Shown here: positions 62,266-64,000 of the stretch, piece by piece
Layout of the letters: each line of letters starts with the position of its first letter
How positions within the stretch are numbered: position 1 is the first letter of the stretch
Assembly: GCA_963735035.1 (NCBI GenBank)
Contig: CAVTJJ010000006.1
Coordinates: 256,001 to 320,000, forward strand
Source of the DNA: an uncultured candidate division Zixibacteria bacterium
GTDB taxonomy: Bacteria > Zixibacteria > MSB-5A5 > GN15 > FEB-12
DNA: 64,000 nt
Reading direction: 5' to 3'
Program-made: the position numbers and the translations under genes
The notes under the pieces: model-generated
What the model saw: the letters and a program-made list of their open reading frames with translations, nothing else
Told to the model about the DNA's origin: nothing
The model's database searches: none

Positions 62266-63615
62266 ATGGGCAAGAAGAAAATTATCATCATGGGCGCTGC
62301 CGGACGCGATTTTCACAATTTCAATGTGCTCTATCGCGATAACGCCTCGGTCGAAGTCGTGGCCTTCACAGCGACCCAGATTCCCGATATCCAGGGCCGC
62401 AAGTATCCGAAAGTACTGGCAGGCAAACTCTACCCGAACGGTATTCCGATCTACGACGAAAGCGAACTGCTCGAACTGATCGCGAAGCATCGGCCGGACG
62501 AAGTTATCTTTTCCTATTCCGACGTGCCATATCAGTACGTGATGGAGAAAGCAGCTTATGTCATGGCGGCCGGGGCGCGTTTTGCTATGGAAGGCTCGCT
62601 TCCCACGCAGATCCAGTCCTCCAAGCCGGTGATCTCGGTTTGCGCGATTCGCACCGGGTGTGGCAAGTCGCAGACGACCCGTCGCGTGGCCGAAGTGCTT
62701 CAGGCGATGGGCAAGAAGGTAGTTGCGATCCGTCACCCTATGCCTTACGGCGATCTGAGCAAGCAAATCTGCCAGCGATTTGGCAATTTGAAAGACCTCG
62801 ACAAGCACAAATGCACGATTGAAGAACGCGAAGAGTACGAACCGCACATCGTGCGCGGCGTGACCGTTTACGCCGGTGTCGACTACGAGACGATCATACG
62901 TGAGGCCGAGAAAGAGGCCGACGTGATCCTTTGGGACGGCGGCAACAACGATATGTCGTTCTATCGGACTGATTTCCAGTTCACCGTCGTCGATCCGCAC
63001 CGGCCGGGACACGAACTTAGCTACTATCCGGGTCAGGTGAATCTATTGCGGGCCGATGCTATCGTGATCAACAAGATCGATTCGGCCGACAGCGACGGTA
63101 TCGCTGAAGTGCGCGAGAACGTTGCGGCTTACAATCCGCGCGCCATCGTTATCGACGCTGCGTCGCCGATCCACGTCGACAAGCCGGAATTGATCCGTGG
63201 CAAGCGCGTTTTGGTGGTCGAGGACGGCCCGACGCTTACTCACGGTGGTATGCAGTACGGCGCCGGCATCGTTGCGGCCAACAAATACGGTGCGGCCGAA
63301 CTGGTCGACCCGAGACCGTTTACGGTCAAGTCGATTTCCAAGACTTTCGAAAAATACCCCGAAATCGGCATTCTACTCCCGGCCATGGGGTACGGCGATC
63401 TGCAGGTCAAGGACCTGGAGACGACTATCAATCGTACTGAGTGCGATGCGGTGGTTATCGCCACGCCGATAGATCTAAGCCGGATTATGAGCATCAAACA
63501 CCCGACTACGCGCGTAGAATACTCGCTTCAGGAGATCGGGACGCCCGATGTGGCGTCAGTTCTCGGCGACTTCTTCTCGCGTAAGGGTGCGAAGAAGGAA
63601 AGCCGGAAGAAGTGA
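62266..63615 (+). CDS. Arginine synthetase ArcE-like protein (often annotated as GTPase or cyclic 2,3-DPG synthase-like)
   Basis: IMGAAGRDFHNFN; AFTATQIP; RTGCGKSQT; RHPMPYG; TIEEREEYE; WDGGNND; VEDGPTLTHG; directly upstream of carbamate kinase. Confidence 0.75.
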   Translation: MGKKKIIIMGAAGRDFHNFNVLYRDNASVEVVAFTATQIPDIQGRKYPKVLAGKLYPNGIPIYDESELLELIAKHRPDEVIFSYSDVPYQYVMEKAAYVMAAGARFAMEGSLPTQIQSSKPVISVCAIRTGCGKSQTTRRVAEVLQAMGKKVVAIRHPMPYGDLSKQICQRFGNLKDLDKHKCTIEEREEYEPHIVRGVTVYAGVDYETIIREAEKEADVILWDGGNNDMSFYRTDFQFTVVDPHRPGHELSYYPGQVNLLRADAIVINKIDSADSDGIAEVRENVAAYNPRAIVIDAASPIHVDKPELIRGKRVLVVEDGPTLTHGGMQYGAGIVAANKYGAAELVDPRPFTVKSISKTFEKYPEIGILLPAMGYGDLQVKDLETTINRTECDAVVIATPIDLSRIMSIKHPTTRVEYSLQEIGTPDVASVLGDFFSRKGAKKESRKK

Positions 63616-63693
63616 GGTTGCTGTTCGACGGGCCGGCTTCGGTCGGCCCGCCGCATTCTGAAAGATCCGATGTCACAGGTTGGAAGTCATCCC

Positions 63694-64000
63694 ATGACGG
63701 ATAGAAAGAAAGCGGTGGTGGCCCTGGGGGGGAATGCCATCACGAAACCGGGTGTCGAAGATACCATCGCGAACCAGTTTCGCCACACGCGCGAATCGCT
63801 AGACGGGATAGTCGAATTGATTCGCGAAGGGTACGATCTGGTAGTGACTCACGGTAACGGCCCCCAGGTGGGTAACGCGCTACTTAGGATTGAAGTGGCG
63901 AGAGGCAAAGCGCCAATCCTTCCGCTCGGAGTACTCGTAGCCGACACCGAGGGCGGCATGGGCTACATGATTCAACAATCGTTGGCGAACCGGTTGCGCG
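63694..64000 (+). CDS. arcC: Carbamate kinase (3'-partial)
   Basis: Translated by hand: MTDRKKAVVALGGNAI...VVTHGNGPQVGN...LVADTEGGMGYMIQQSLAN. Confidence 0.93.
   Translation, partial: MTDRKKAVVALGGNAITKPGVEDTIANQFRHTRESLDGIVELIREGYDLVVTHGNGPQVGNALLRIEVARGKAPILPLGVLVADTEGGMGYMIQQSLANRLR

Overview
A 64-kb, GC-rich, mostly plus-strand chromosomal window from a diderm bacterium. SprA, a T9SS/FlgD-type C-terminal domain, a Bat operon and bacillithiol genes suggest an FCB-group or Zixibacteria-like organism (inference). Gene order: secreted/outer-membrane genes; UbiA prenyltransferase; an expanded moxR-DUF58-bat operon; bshC-bshA-bshB1; a ~3.2-kb accessory islet (radical SAM/SPASM enzyme, two tandem paralogous lipoprotein-like proteins with a conserved 47-aa leader, GYD protein) ending at tRNA-Sec; recG, murB, sprA, M28 peptidase-selA-selB-amidohydrolase; nfeD-slipin-nfeD; dCMP deaminase; glnA; degQ; purN-purC-purH; a Calx-beta/cytochrome c lipoprotein; smg-coaBC-udg-dnaB-radA-tgt; and an aldehyde dehydrogenase-arcE-like-carbamate kinase operon with a Rex-like operator. 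Intergenic regions hold several families of REP-like palindromes. Many conserved genes carry frameshifts, most likely assembly indels. The best candidate for an undescribed system is the rSAM plus leader-bearing protein cassette beside selC. All family assignments come from motif recognition by eye; no searches were run.
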